A DNA stretch of 64,000 nt from Lytechinus pictus (taxonomy: Eukaryota), in contig NC_087249.1 of assembly GCF_037042905.1 (NCBI RefSeq), forward strand, positions 6,388,001 through 6,452,000, given 5' to 3'. Shown piece by piece: positions 28,350 through 41,087 of this stretch. The position numbers were made by a program, and so were the translations under genes. Each line of letters starts with the position of its first letter. Positions within the stretch are counted from its first letter, which is position 1. The notes beneath the pieces are model-generated. The model ran no database searches and was not told where the DNA came from. It saw only the letters and a program-made list of their open reading frames with translations.

Positions 28350-28574
28350 AATATTACTTTAAGAGTATATAATTAATATTTATTTTTAGTGATAAGCAAT
28401 ACGCCTTCATAATGAGTACAGTTATTAATCATATTGGATCAGTATAAAATGGTGAAACACATGCACTCACACGCAACTTCTTGACAGTACCAGGATATAT
28501 ACTATAATTTCCATATTCATATGAATATTATTGATGTTCTCAAACATGTGTGTGGGTGGATGTGTGTGTGTGTG

Positions 28575-28711
28575 TGTGAAAGAAATGAATGAAGAGAACA
28601 ATGGTTGGCGTAGCTTAAATCAAGGTTTCCCAGAACTATCTGCCCTTCAGCTCTGGGGAACCTTGATTTAAGCGACGCCTACCATTGTTTTCTTGATTCA
28701 TTTCTTTCACA
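28575..28711. repeat. Near-perfect palindrome (arms about 62 bp, loop about 11 nt)
   Basis: 28575-28637 is the reverse complement of 28649-28711 with few mismatches. Confidence 0.9.
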
Positions 28712-28903
28712 TATTTAAATACAAGAGTTGCCCAAGCTGTTGTACATGTATAATTTCTCACATTTATATATATATGTGTGTATATATATATAATTGTGAT
28801 GAGCAAGGGCCTAAACATTGCGTGGGTGCTTCAGTGAGTAATATATTGGCGAAGAAGCTCAAAAAGCTAGAGACGTAGCCTGGATTTCTTCAACTTTAAT
28901 TAG

Positions 28904-28942
28904 TACAAGCTTTCGGCCATTTAGTTGGGCCTTCTTCAGGTA
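28904..28942 (-). ncRNA. Minimal type I hammerhead ribozyme motif (Penelope-type)
   Basis: The minus strand reads UAC-CUGAAGA-A-GGCC-CAACUAAAU-GGCC-GAA-AGCU-U-GUA: core boxes, a 4-bp stem II, a palindromic AGCU helix III and a UAC/GUA stem I. Confidence 0.7.
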
Positions 28943-29497
28943 TCTGAAGATGTAAAAGACATAATGGCTTTACAATTACCATGCATATATTTGGATTAAT
29001 TTACTAAATATAGGTATATCTTAAAAGAAAATATTTTACATCGGTAATGTTTAATTAGGATTATCCAATAGCTATTAAAATCAATTAAGTTTACGCAGAT
29101 TTTTATTACAAACATTTTTTTGAAAGTATGTAGACATATTGTGTTATGTGTGCTGTATAATACATATATCCCAAATTGTATAATAATACATATATCTCAA
29201 AATAATATATATCTCAAAAGAAGCTGTATTGCATTGGTAATGCTTAATTAAGATTATCCAAAAGCTATTAAAATAGATTAAGTTTGCACAGATTTTTATT
29301 ACAAATATTTTATGAAAGTATATAGACATATTGTGGTGTGTGTACTGTGTAATATATATTGAGTACATATTAAGGAAGGTATTGATTCATATACATTCGC
29401 GTCTAAGCACGTGAACTTATGTATGTAAGTAATCAAATACTACACAAGACTAGCCACCCTTACAGATGCCCAGAAAACCCAGTCAATTTCCTTTGCC

Positions 29498-29532
29498 GAC
29501 CTGATGAAGGCCCTACTGGCCGAAAGCTAGCC
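29498..29532 (+). ncRNA. Minimal type I hammerhead ribozyme motif (Penelope-type), stem I degenerate
   Basis: GAC-CUGAUGA-A-GGCC-CUACU-GGCC-GAA-AGCU-A-GCC, with one mismatch in stem I. Confidence 0.65.
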
Positions 29533-29852
29533 ATTAAATGAGATACCTTTGAAAGCTACGTCTAGCGTCCATGCCTGCATGGATTATTTTACGCCTACAT
29601 GGAACATGACGTGCAGCAACATATTTAAAGGAACGTAGCTCTCAAAAATGAAAGGTAAAGTCACACTTTCAGAAACGGTGTTTGAATTCTCTTTTTTTTT
29701 GGGGGGGGGGTCACATCATGGGCAATGAAGGAAGAATTACAAGAGAGGCACAATAGTACAATAGTTAAGGGTGGATACAATCTTACAATGAAAGCACTGG
29801 AAGAAACGTTATCTTTGATGCCAAGGTGGTGAATCCCATGGACGAAAACGCC

Positions 29853-30133
29853 TACATTAGGCTCACAGCCACCTCATTCAAGTTAAGATATATGCAAACG
29901 ACAAAGCAAGCTTCACCCACACACAAAAGAAAATCCAGATAGAGCTCAGGAAACATATCTGGATATTGAAAGACCAAGGGACCTACTTCATCATGGAGAA
30001 TCATGATCGAGACATGCCCAACCATACTCACCAAGATCAAACCGCTGCAACCATCCTCTATCACATCATCACTGCTGAAAATCCAGGATCCTGAACTCTA
30101 GAGAATTGAAATAATTTCTACATGCAAACGCAT
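29853..30133 (+). pseudogene. Decayed Penelope-like element GIY-YIG endonuclease C-terminal fragment
   Basis: Hand translation across frameshifts gives YIRLTATSFKLRY / ANDKASFTHTQKKIQIELRKHIWILKDQGT / WRIM / HAQPYSPRSNRCN / IISTCKR. This follows the PLE pattern YIG-x-T-x-x-x-FK-x-R...H-x-x-SF...ELSKHIW-x-LK...PY...RCNLC...STCRH, recalled from memory. Confidence 0.78.
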
Positions 30134-31235
30134 GGCCCTGGGGCCCTGCGCAGCGGGGGTGCTGGGGTTGCCGAAGCACCACTCAAAATTTGCTATGCTT
30201 GTAAAATAAGCGAGGGTCAAATGGCACACTAATCATGCTAATTTAAGTCAAATGACACACACATACGTGAACTGTCATTTTGTGTCTTATGGCATACTTA
30301 CGTGAGACATAACACACACGTAACACACTTGCAAATATCACAATGACACACCTACGTGCATCACAAATTATTTGTGTCATTTCACATAAAAGCGTGTCAT
30401 GGAACACATAAACACGAAGTAAAGGTGTAATTTGGCTCACTTTCCGAGTAATTTAGCTCATATCAGTCATGAAGAGGGTCACCCAGGGACAGATACTCGC
30501 ATAAGAGTGTCACGTGACCTATAATAGCTTTCTATGTATGAGTGTATACCCTATTATAAAGTCCATGCCATCATACAACACATACATGTATCAGAAAAGG
30601 ACATCCGAACATAACGACAAAAGTCGCTTCATGTTTAGAATGTCATAAGTTCAAGAGCTAGGTCGGGTGTCTGGTGGATATTTTCAAAGGAAGATTTGCA
30701 AATAAATCATCACACAGGGGCCGCGGAACGGTTTTCAAAGTGGGGGGCTGACCATGTATGGTAATTTTTACGTTTTTGTACATGGTTTTGGAAAAAAAAG
30801 TGGGGGGGGGGCTGAAGCGCCCCCCCCCCCAGCCCAAAATAAATCATCCATTGACACATTCAGTTCAGGGGGAAGGGTACTTATTTTTAAGTTGAATGGA
30901 CTTGCATTGTGTCAGATCAATTTAGGTTAGAATGTACTCTGGAAGAACCTTGTTGCTTCCTCTGCATGGGGAAGTTTAAACATTTATGTCGGATGGCCTT
31001 GATGTACACCTATTTCCTCATGCAGATTTAACACAAACACTATTTTCATAAATGTTTTCATCATCATGATCCTCGTAGGTGGCTAAGATTCTACGTTTTC
31101 TTTTCCTGGCAAGCCCCTCCGTACTGTTTTTTTTTCTCGATTAATTTCGATAAAGCCAGTTCTATGCAGCTAGTTTACCTTTTGTATTATGGATTATTGT
31201 GTTTGACGCGGCCTTGTGATATATCTGGCCTTATA

Positions 31236-31622
31236 CACTGTTAGAAAATTTAGCCTTAAAATAAAAGAGGTTCATGCAGAGAACACCTGTAATCTTACCA
31301 CATTGCGTAATCTTACAGGAAATTGGTATTTGGTGTATGGAACCTTACAAATTTCCTTTAAGAAAACACCCTTTTCCCCTTTTTAAACAGACCCGGGGAC
31401 CGTTTCATCAACATTTTTGTCCGACAAGATGTCAGATCTGATATCTTTCCTTGATTCTGATTGGCTGAGAGGCACTGTTACTATAGTAACTGTCGGATAC
31501 TTTCATAAAACGCTCTCCTGTTCTGTTAAATTGCAGAAAAATTCCTGTTTTATGAATTTACAGAATGATTCTGTTATTGCTTTTTGCAAAATCTTCTGTA
31601 AAATCAGGTTTTTTTAACAGTG
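31236..31622. mobile_element. CACTG MITE (copy of 8095-8371) carrying a nested Harbinger-like MITE at 31396-31517
   Basis: Colinear with 8095-8371 except for a 122-bp insert (GGGACCGTTTCAT...ATAAAACGCTCTC) flanked by CCG/CTG. The other copy has a single CTG at this site. Confidence 0.85.
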
Positions 31623-31670
31623 TAGTGTTACAATACGTTTTATGAGAACGGAAACCAATAAAAACAAATA

Positions 31671-31904
31671 CACTAAACAAAAATATTGGGTAAAAGTGCT
31701 CTATGAGGGTAATTATGTGTCCAACCAATATTGGGTATTTCTTTTGGGCATTTTCATTTATCCAGTGTGATGAAAAATTTGCCCATTCTAAAGTAATTGC
31801 TGCATATTTTTAACCCTACTGGACAATATGCTTCCCTCATTGGGTAAAACACTGCCCCAAATGGACACATATTAACACTCGTGTTGGTAAACATTTTTAC
31901 AGTG
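31671..31904. mobile_element. CACT-terminated MITE family (AATATTGGGTAAAA); related copies near 33626-33851, 49522-49721, 40412-40604, 35790-36005 and 55331-55530
   Basis: TA|CACT...CAGTG|TA ends and internal GAGGGTAATTATGTGTCCAA / TTGGACACATAATTACCCTC inverted motifs shared among copies. Confidence 0.75.
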
Positions 31905-34900
31905 TACAATACGTGAGGTCACATTCATAAAAAGACATAATTGTATCTCACGGTGGGTGACGCCATGGTACTTTCAGTTTGAACATATTGAGGGTGTAAT
32001 TAGATGCATGCCTCTAAGATAACTGAGCACGCGAGGCGACACCTTCCTCATCTACGTTTTTAAACTAGTTTAGCGGAAACTAGTTTAAATGGGAAGGCTC
32101 GAAGTGAGGTCTTCCAAACCAGATTGGAAGACCACTTCGCGATGTGCCTGGCCTTCAAGACCGCGTGTGTGTGTGTTTTTTAGTTTTGTCAGACGTGTAT
32201 CAATCAGATATGATTATTTACGTCTGGGACCGACCTTTAATGTCACCATCCGCTTTGAATCTTTAAATTGGCTTTCTTGCCAGCCGTTCCCATCAAGAAT
32301 ATCATTTTCACCATAAGATCCTAATTTCCAAGACCCCAATTTCATATCAAATTCCAGTTACCAAGCTCCCCCATTTCCAGAGGGCCATCTGACTTGTTAA
32401 TTCAAGTCCATCCCAGGAAAGTGCTGACTTGAATAAATAGAGAAAAATCAAACTAGCATAGTGCTGAAAATTTCATCAAAATCGGATGTAAAATAAGAAA
32501 GTTATGCCATTTTAAAGTTTCGCTTATTTTTCACAAAACAGTGATATGCACAACTAGGAGAGTCAGTCGATGATGTCCCTCACTCACTATTTCTTTTGTA
32601 TTTTATTGTTTGAATTATACAATATTTCTTTTTTTATTGATTTGACAATAAGTACCAACTTGACTGAACCATATAGTATTAAACATGCCTTAAACAATGC
32701 TAATACCACATGTTCAGGGAGGAATTAATCATTGTATCACTTGACAATGAGAAAATTAGAATATTTCATATTTCATATAATAAAATACAAAAGAAATAGT
32801 GAGTGGATGACGTCATAGTCTCCTTCATCTATATATTACTACCCCCTCATGTTTCATTCACATGAAAAAAAATCAGGTGGCATTTGTATCCTCCTGCTTC
32901 CTTTAGTACCGCCCCATTTCCTCATTTATTTTGTTCACTAAAGAAAATACATTTGTTTGTTCGAAAGACTTTATCTTACAGAATGACCTTTTACTTTGGC
33001 CCTGGCTTTAATGACGTATAAGTTCATGATAATGCGTGTCAATGGCTGTTAGGCCTATATACTATTATTTACTTTGTACCACGGTCATACGTGTGATAAT
33101 GACCTATTCGTGACCTCGACTAATATGACTTTGTTTTATAGAGGCCAATAACATTCAAACACTGACAAGTAGATGATGATGTTTATTTCCATATAAGAAT
33201 GCTGGCAAGATTCAGACCTGCATTAACGCTTTGAACATGTCTTGGCTTCATACTGTTTTCTTGAGTCTCTTACAAAGGAATTTTCAAACCACGTACTAAC
33301 TTTCATAAATTTGCCATTGATTGGTCGTTGTGTGCGGATGATCCAGAGCTTTTAGTTTGGTATAGAAGTTGGCAATTGTTCCACTTTCTACCAAAGACAT
33401 TGATTTATTTCGTATTGATAACGGCACCGATTTAGGATCTGCAGCATCATGTAAGTATGATCATTTACGGTTGAAATATGATTAGTAATTTTTATTTCCC
33501 TTTACGTATATTCTTTCAAAAAAAATTCTGTTCGAGTAATCAACCTTTTTCAATCAAGACAATGAGAACAAGGAATGAAAATCTGGAACTTTCTAATAAC
33601 ATCCTAAGGTAGTCTGCGCACATACACTCTAAAAATATTGGGTAAAAATTATCCATGAGGGTAATTTTGACATTTTTATTTATTCAGTGTGATAAAAATT
33701 TTGCCCATTCTAAAGTAATTGCTGCTTATCTTTTAACCTTACTGGACAATAGGCTTCCAAAATTGGATATAAAATCTCCCAAAATTAGTTGGACACATAA
33801 TTACCCTCGTGCTGGTCAAAACTTTACCCAAAAGGCCTATTTTTTACAGTGTATTTACCTCTACTTTCAATCAGTTTACTTAAATTTTGCACGACTACTT
33901 TGTGCAATGCATTTATTTCTATGGTCGTAATTGTATATTCCCCCATGCATGCCATGACAACATGTATTTCGTAGAGTATGTTAGTAGCAATGAAGAACTT
34001 TCACATTTGGATAAGGTATTGCACCCTCATTAAACCAAGAAAATTGTTGATATATTGTTCAAAATAAAATCTAAATATAGGCGCCGTGTCTTATGGAGTT
34101 CTACAAATTGAACGATATGCATTTTATAACGTTAATTGATTATTAATTTACAAGATGCAAGATACAAGATATTTCATTTTGTCTTCGCAAACATGATGAT
34201 TACAAATAAATTTGTTCCCTCATTTAGTTTTTCATCATTATTTCAGCATGCATGATATTATTATAAACCAGTAAGAAATAATTAAATACTAAAATGAGCT
34301 TAAATATTCCTTTATCATTGATGATGTTTCATATTTGAAAATTATGTTGATATCTTATTCCATAGTCTGAACGGTAATCTTTGAGAAAAGTAAAGACTAT
34401 TAAATTACATCACTGTTTATTGATTGATTGTTTGATTTCGGAATATCAAGTATTGAATATCTATATTCTTAAAAATTGATCAAACGATCATTCGGTATCC
34501 AAACGTAAGTGTATGCCACTTGTTCAAAATTCAAATTGACGAAGAACTAATTTGCTGGGAACCTGAGAAATGCATTATAAAGCTTATATCACCTTTTTAG
34601 AACATTTTAGTCAAATCTGAAGTATGGATCTTGCATATCAATATTCTATTTTAAAAATCACAACTTTATCGTTTCAAAGACCAAAGATACTTATTGAATT
34701 TAGCTGAAAAATCCGTAACGTGACCGAACACATAAAAAATAGTAATGATAATAATAAGGGGGGAAATTACTCAATTCTCAGTCGAATTTGAATATAGATA
34801 TATACGTATATATATATATATAACACTTTATGAACGTTTTGGCTATTAGCCAATGAGCTGATAGCATTTTAGTTAATTGTAAAATCGGCCTATGGAAATC

Positions 34901-35257
34901 ACTTACAAATAGACTCGTGAAACGTCTCCCCGATCATGCCGATGCGATTAGTATATCACATAAATAAGAAAATAACATGCAAAAAGGACCACTTATAAAA
35001 TGGAAACATTTGCCATTATTGCCCCCCCCCCCTCGAATTAATTCAGAGTACAATTAAACGGCTAGCAGCTAATAATGGTTACCCAGTTAAAATCGAGTGA
35101 GTATCGAGTAGACCGTTCTACGCATGCTCCAACTTTATGTAATCGACCATATATGGCTATCATGTTTTATGGGCATATCAATAATTATATCCATACTGTT
35201 ATGATCGCCATAAACGCCAAAGTATTGTTTACAGGACCAGTTCGCACAAAAAATGAT

Positions 35258-35492
35258 CATGGTGGCTCAGTGGTAGAGCGTCCGCCTCGTGAACGGGAGG
35301 TCGTGGGTTCCATCCTCGGCCGAGTATACCAAAGACAAAAAATGGGACCTTCTGCCTTCTTGCTTGGCGCTCAACATTTAGACTAGAAAAGGGTAATAAT
35401 GACATGTTATGTTATCAGGGCCCGCTGGAAGAGCAGTCTTATGATTGAAGTGGCTACCCTGGGTAAATAAAACGTTATTATTATTATTATTT
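35258..35492 (+). mobile_element. tRNA-derived SINE
   Basis: A box TGGCTCAGTGG, B-box-like GGTTCCATCC, body CTTCTTGCTTGGCGCTCA and an AAATAAAACG(TTA)n tail. A second copy lies at 54817-55058. Confidence 0.88.
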
Positions 35493-36041
35493 TTATAATT
35501 ATCAGCAAATTCGAGGTCTGATAGTTTTATATGCTAACTTCAAATAATATTAAATATTTTGAGATAATTTAGCCTCTGAACTATCTCTTTTGTGCTTACA
35601 TTACACACTAGGTTTTCGGGACAAATCGTAAGAGAATATAATAATGTTTGCCCATGTTTGACATGAATAAATGATATTTCATGTTAGATAATATCAGATA
35701 CAAAGTAAAACAAAATCTAAATGTTAATATAATTAAGTTTATATAAATTTTCAGGTTTTTTTAAGATCAAATGCTTTAAACAACAACACACACTAAAAAT
35801 GTTGGGCAACATACTGTCCACTGTATTGGGTAATGTATGTTGGTAAAAAAATATATATATATATTCCGGGCAATTATTATCCAATTGAGCAAATTTATTT
35901 AGTTTTTATTACCCATTTTGGGCAGATGTTAACCAATAGTTGTATGGACAGTATGCTGCCCAGGGTTGGTTAAAAGTTGGGCATTTTGCCCAATTATTTT
36001 GAGAGCGCAGTTTTCTACTTTTAAACAATGGAAATAAGAAC

Positions 36042-36428
36042 TTCTGGATCTGGATGTACACGATGCAGGGCCCTCCGGGCACAAACGCATCGGGTACTTG
36101 ACCTGAATTTTGCCGGGACCGGCAGGTGCAATACACTGGGTGAACACCCTACTCTTTGACAAATAGTGTATTGGTTTTAACGTGCATAGGTTGTGACTCT
36201 CCTATACACGGGACCAACATTTGCGTCCTTTCCGATGGACGGAGTGTTTTCCTACTGCATTCACACCTGCACTGAATACAGTGGTGAGGCACGCTAACAC
36301 ACAACGCTATATAGCATCAGTCTTTTTTTGTTATAGGCGCGTTTCGGCATGAGCGGGACTCAACCTCTCAGGTTGAGGTCTACGATCTTATTCGAAACAT
36401 GCGCTCTAACCTACTGAGCTACGCTGCC
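36042..36428 (-). mobile_element. tRNA-derived SINE, different family
   Basis: The minus strand starts GGCAGCGTAGCTCAGTAGGTTAGAGCG (A box) and continues to GGTTGAGTCCC (B-box-like), a GC-rich body and an ATCCAG-repeat tail. Confidence 0.65.
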
Positions 36429-37007
36429 TCTTGATCAGTAAATTAAGCAAACTAAGGACCCGTTTCATAAACAAAATGTTATAATTAAAAATCGCAATAA
36501 TACTTTAAAGCTACTAGAATAATTCAATTTGATTGGTTGACAGTAGAATTGTAATTTGTGATTAAAACAAATCTTTATGAAACGGGACTCGGGTAGTGTA
36601 GAACGCTTTTATTGTGTATTTATTGTGCATTTATTGTCAAAGTCAAGTAATTGTTACCCGAGTCCCTAACCTTGATCGAAAATATAGGATTTTATGGGCT
36701 TTTGCAATACACATTGGCGAATTGATGATGATAACGATGTGTTTTATTGACATGTTATTAAATATAAAAACAAGTGTTTGCCGAATCATTAATTTTATGA
36801 TCGTCGCATAAAACATTTTGATGCAAAATAGTGCATAGAGGTGTGTATGTGTGTGTATGGGGGGGGGGGGTAATGGTTATTACAATCCTATGTGTGATAA
36901 ATTTGGGGGTCTTTGTTCTCTTCAGCATGATAAGATCCAGAGTTACAGCAAGTAGCATGCAAGTACTTTGGGCTGCATGGACAATAATATCTGATATCCA
37001 GATCACG

Positions 37008-37150
37008 ATGATGATAATGGATGATGAGGGTAACAATAGTGATGATAATGATAATAATAATGATGATAATAATAATGATTATAATGAAAAGAAGAAGAAG
37101 AAGAAGAAGAAGTAGAAGAAGAAGAAGATGGAGGAGGAGAAGAAGAAGAA
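37008..37150. repeat. Compound microsatellite (GAT/AAT)n-(GAA)n
   Basis: Directly visible trinucleotide runs. Confidence 0.92.
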
Positions 37151-38349
37151 AAATATATAATGTTTTTTACACTAAATGTCTGTATGATCACATATTCATT
37201 TTTGAAGAGAAAATTGAGGGGGGAGCATGCACAATGCACAAAATATCAAAGGGCTTTCTGTTGGAGCTGAGCAACCCCCCCCCCCCCTTCCTCCCCCGCC
37301 ACCACCCCACTGCAGATAAAGGTACTAAGTATTAGACGTCGAAAAAATTGATTTTACAATTCCTTTATGGCAAACTTGGTCGTTTAATTTAAGAAGAGTG
37401 TGTTATTTGAAACTTTGGCTTAATAGTCTCGATGGGAGCGAAATCAGCGTTATAATGTTCGTTTGAATTAAATTCACTTATGAGGGGTGGTTTTAACCCA
37501 GTTTGCATACAGTGTATGATGAAAGACATTTGTGTTCGTTACAATGTTCACAGTGCAGTCACCAACTTTTTTTTCAAGGGGATACATTTTTGGGGAACGA
37601 GAGAGAGAGAAAAAAACAATCCGATGTGAGGCAGTGCTGCTGGTGGCATAGATAGGATTTTTTTGACTAAAAATCTCAAATTATGGTCTTGACGGGGGTG
37701 CATTCGACCCTCCGCACCCCCCCCCCCGGCCATGGTTCGTTTGAATTGAATTCACTTACAAGGGGTAGTTTTAACCAAGTTTACATAGAGTTTATGATAA
37801 CAGACATACGTGGGATTTGTTCCGTTTAATATTTTCTTTCAATTTGACATGCGTGGCAATCATGATTGTTTTCATACAAGGCACGTGTAATGTGCCCTTG
37901 AGAAACACGTTAGTGGGTTCCAATGACACATTATTAGGCCTACGCATGCACCAGTGGCGAATCCAGGGGGGGGGGTACATCCGGCCCGTGCCCCCCCCCC
38001 CCCGCTTCTTGAGAGCCGTAGTCAATATTTTTAATATAATTTTACTAACGTTGTTTTGTCTGAATAAGAATAATTCTATTCTTGAGATGGAATGCGGTAT
38101 AAGCACAAAACGGGTAGGCCTATTGCCCTGTTCGACATGCAAACATTTAAATCGTACTTTAAAAAAATAGGTCCTTAATCATTTTTACCGGTTTTTAGGT
38201 CTGCAAACGGTAATATCTCCCCCGTCCGCAAATGTGATCAATCAGATACCTTAATTCGTTAAATGCAGTTTAGAGTACGAATATTGCCTGTGAAGTCAAA
38301 ACATTTTCTTCCTATTATTAACTCTGTTTAGACCTGTCATCACGAAAGG

Positions 38350-38553
38350 ATGGAGTATTCATTGGTAACCACGGAGTCGATGATGCAGACGACGATGATG
38401 AACTTGTCGATGAACGGGACGAATGGAAACGAGACGAGAGGCTACACCGGTCCCGACCTTAAGCTAGCCACCAAGGTCATCCACATGATTATCCTCATCT
38501 TTCTCATGATCTCCATGGGATGTACACTGAACTACAAGGATTTTAAAAAGACG
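38350..38553 (+). CDS. SLC10A2-like: SLC10 cotransporter copy 2, coding exon 1
   Basis: MEYSLV...NLS.NGT.NET...ILIFLMISMGCTLNYKDFKKT. Donor gtaagg at 38554, phase 0. Homologous to 12593..12778. Confidence 0.93.
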
Positions 38554-39852
38554 GTAAGGGATATTTCTACTTCCAGAAAGAAAAACGCGTATTGCAAGTC
38601 AAATTAGAGCCTTTCTTGGTCAATATTGCGATAAATTTATCGAATTTAGAGAGAGAATTTTTTTATCAGGAAGCCCTACCATGATACCCATTTCAAAAGT
38701 GTATAGCGAATAAGGGGCGGATCCAAGATTTTCAAAGGGGGGCATTTTGTTTTGGAATAATTTGACAAGCAACGAAAAAAGGTTATCACTACAAATGGAG
38801 GTGACTTTGGAGCAGGAAAAAATTGAAAAACAGAAGAAAAAGGTCCTCCCTAAATTATGAATGTCAAATTTCCATTATTTTTTTTAAATATATATTTCTC
38901 AAGGGGAGGGGGCCACGGGCCGGATGTGCTACCTCTCCTACCCCCCCCCCTGGATCCGCCAGTGATAAATACCCAGCGTCTGAATGCAAATGCAAACCAC
39001 TCAGAAGTGACATCATATTTAAAATACCCCCCCCCCCCAAATCGTACTAGCAGTAAATCGTATATGTATTATATATATATTGAACTTTGTATCTTGCATT
39101 AATATGTCTTACTATTTTATGGAAGGAAACCTTCATTAACAAGCTTTCCTTTTCAGAAGGTTTCTATTTCATTTCATTACGTTATAATTCGCTTTACCTT
39201 GTAACTTTGTTGACATTTTGAAATGAAATAAAGTCGTTATCAATCAATCAATCAATGAAAATTGTAAATTGTATACGCATATAATTTCTATCCTAATGTT
39301 ATTCATAGCTAGGGCCCTTAAATTTGAATACATACACCTGTAAAAGGTGCTTTCTGCATTTTAGAAATACCATAGCTTATTGAACAAACAATTTGGCTTC
39401 ATATTTTCTTCCACAATTGACCAACCTCAGTGTGGAAATATGATTTATCTATCCAGTCATGCATACACATGAATTCTTTAAATATCAAATTGAAAAAAAA
39501 AAGTGACAGGAGTCTTTTCTGTATTTCTTTTCTTTTTCTTTGCCAAAATAGAAAAACATATTTTATACGAATTATTTAAGTGTGCTCACTAAACCGTGAC
39601 ATCATTAAAAATCTCGTACCAAGTATGGGGAAGATAAGCGTTGTTGAAATTTTAAAAGAAAAAAAAATAAACAAAATTTGACACATATAGAAAGGGTGGC
39701 AGTTGTGAATTGAGCTAGCTTAGCTGAATTTGAATATGTTATATTTTTCAGACATTATTTTTCATGGAATGAGATTTATTAGGAAATAAAATTCGTCATT
39801 TTTAATAGAAAAACATAATCAAACTAGTTTTTTTCTCTTTGTTTTATTCCAG

Positions 39853-40046
39853 ATCCGTAAGCCAGCTGGTTTCTTCGTTGGTATGCTCTGCCAGTTCGTC
39901 CTGATGCCCTTGCTTGGATTCTGCATTGCCCTAGCGTTTAAATTGCATGCAGCGGGGGCTCTCTCGCTCCTGGTCCTAGCCTGCTGCCCCGGCGGTACAC
40001 TCTCGAATCTCTACACCTATTGGGTGGATGGGGATGTTTGTCTCAG
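39853..40046 (+). CDS. SLC10A2-like: SLC10 cotransporter copy 2, coding exon 2
   Basis: ttccag|IRKPAGFFVGMLCQFVLMPL...CCPGGTLSNLYTYWVDGDVCL(S)|gtatga. 194 nt, the same length as in copy 1. Confidence 0.95.
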
Positions 40047-40795
40047 GTATGAAGCAATATCATTATCAAAATTAACTCAAGATTTCCTTCACTCTCAGGA
40101 GGTGACTGCTCCCTGTGATTTTTGAAGTGATCCCAAAATATAAGGAGGGCAAAAGGGTTTTAAGAAATAGAGTGCGGGAATTAAGCCATGGAGACAGAAA
40201 ATTGTTCAAGTAATGTTGTGATATTGTGTCATGTTTTTTTCTCCGAATTTTGTAAATTAAAAAGATGCTTTTACCGAGTCATACCAAAAACCTTTGGCAT
40301 CTAACCAGGCGCTCGGTACATTAGAAAAAGAGAGGGGTAACGATATCAAGACCCGTGTAGGTACGGTACTTTGCCTTAAATTAAATTAAAAAGATTTTAA
40401 CTTTCTCCGTTCACTCTTAAAAATGTTGGGCAACATACTGTCCACACAACAATTGGTTAAAACTTTATCCAATTCTGGGTAGTTTTGAACCAATGTGTGA
40501 TATGGGTTAAAACTACACAGTATTGGTTGAAAACTACCCAAAGTTGGATAATTTTTTTAACCAATTGTTGTGTGGACAGTATGTTGCTCAACAATTTAAG
40601 AGTGTAAATTAGGCCTTTTTTTTCAAACACATTTTACAGTTTTTGAAATCTGAATGATAAACAATATTTGTCAAGGGCATTTTCTCAAATGTTGACATGC
40701 TCTTATCTAGAGCGTATACATTATATCTTAACTTCTCTCTTTCTCTGCATATATCTCTCACTCTCCGTCTCTCCCTGCCCGTTTATATCCAATAG

Positions 40796-41000
40796 CGTAT
40801 GCATGACAGCAGTGTCCACGGCGGTAGCTATCGGGATGATGCCCCTAAATCTCTTCATCTATAGCCGAGTATGGACGGACGACAAGGCGGTCATCCCGTA
40901 CGTCAACATCGTCACCACTCTTGTGATCATCCTCGTACCGGTCGCCTTCGGTGTATTCCTCAACTGGTGGAAGAAATGGCTGACGAAGTATCTTACGAGG
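40796..41000 (+). CDS. SLC10A2-like: SLC10 cotransporter copy 2, coding exon 3
   Basis: aatag|(S)VCMTAVSTAVAIGMMPLNLFIY...WLTKYLTR|gtaagg. 205 nt, the same length as in copy 1. Confidence 0.95.
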
Positions 41001-41087
41001 GTAAGGATAAGTGATGATGATGAGGAGGAGGGGGAGGATTCTCATGATGGGTTCTTGCATGTGCTGGTATCCGCTTCTGCTGGGTGA

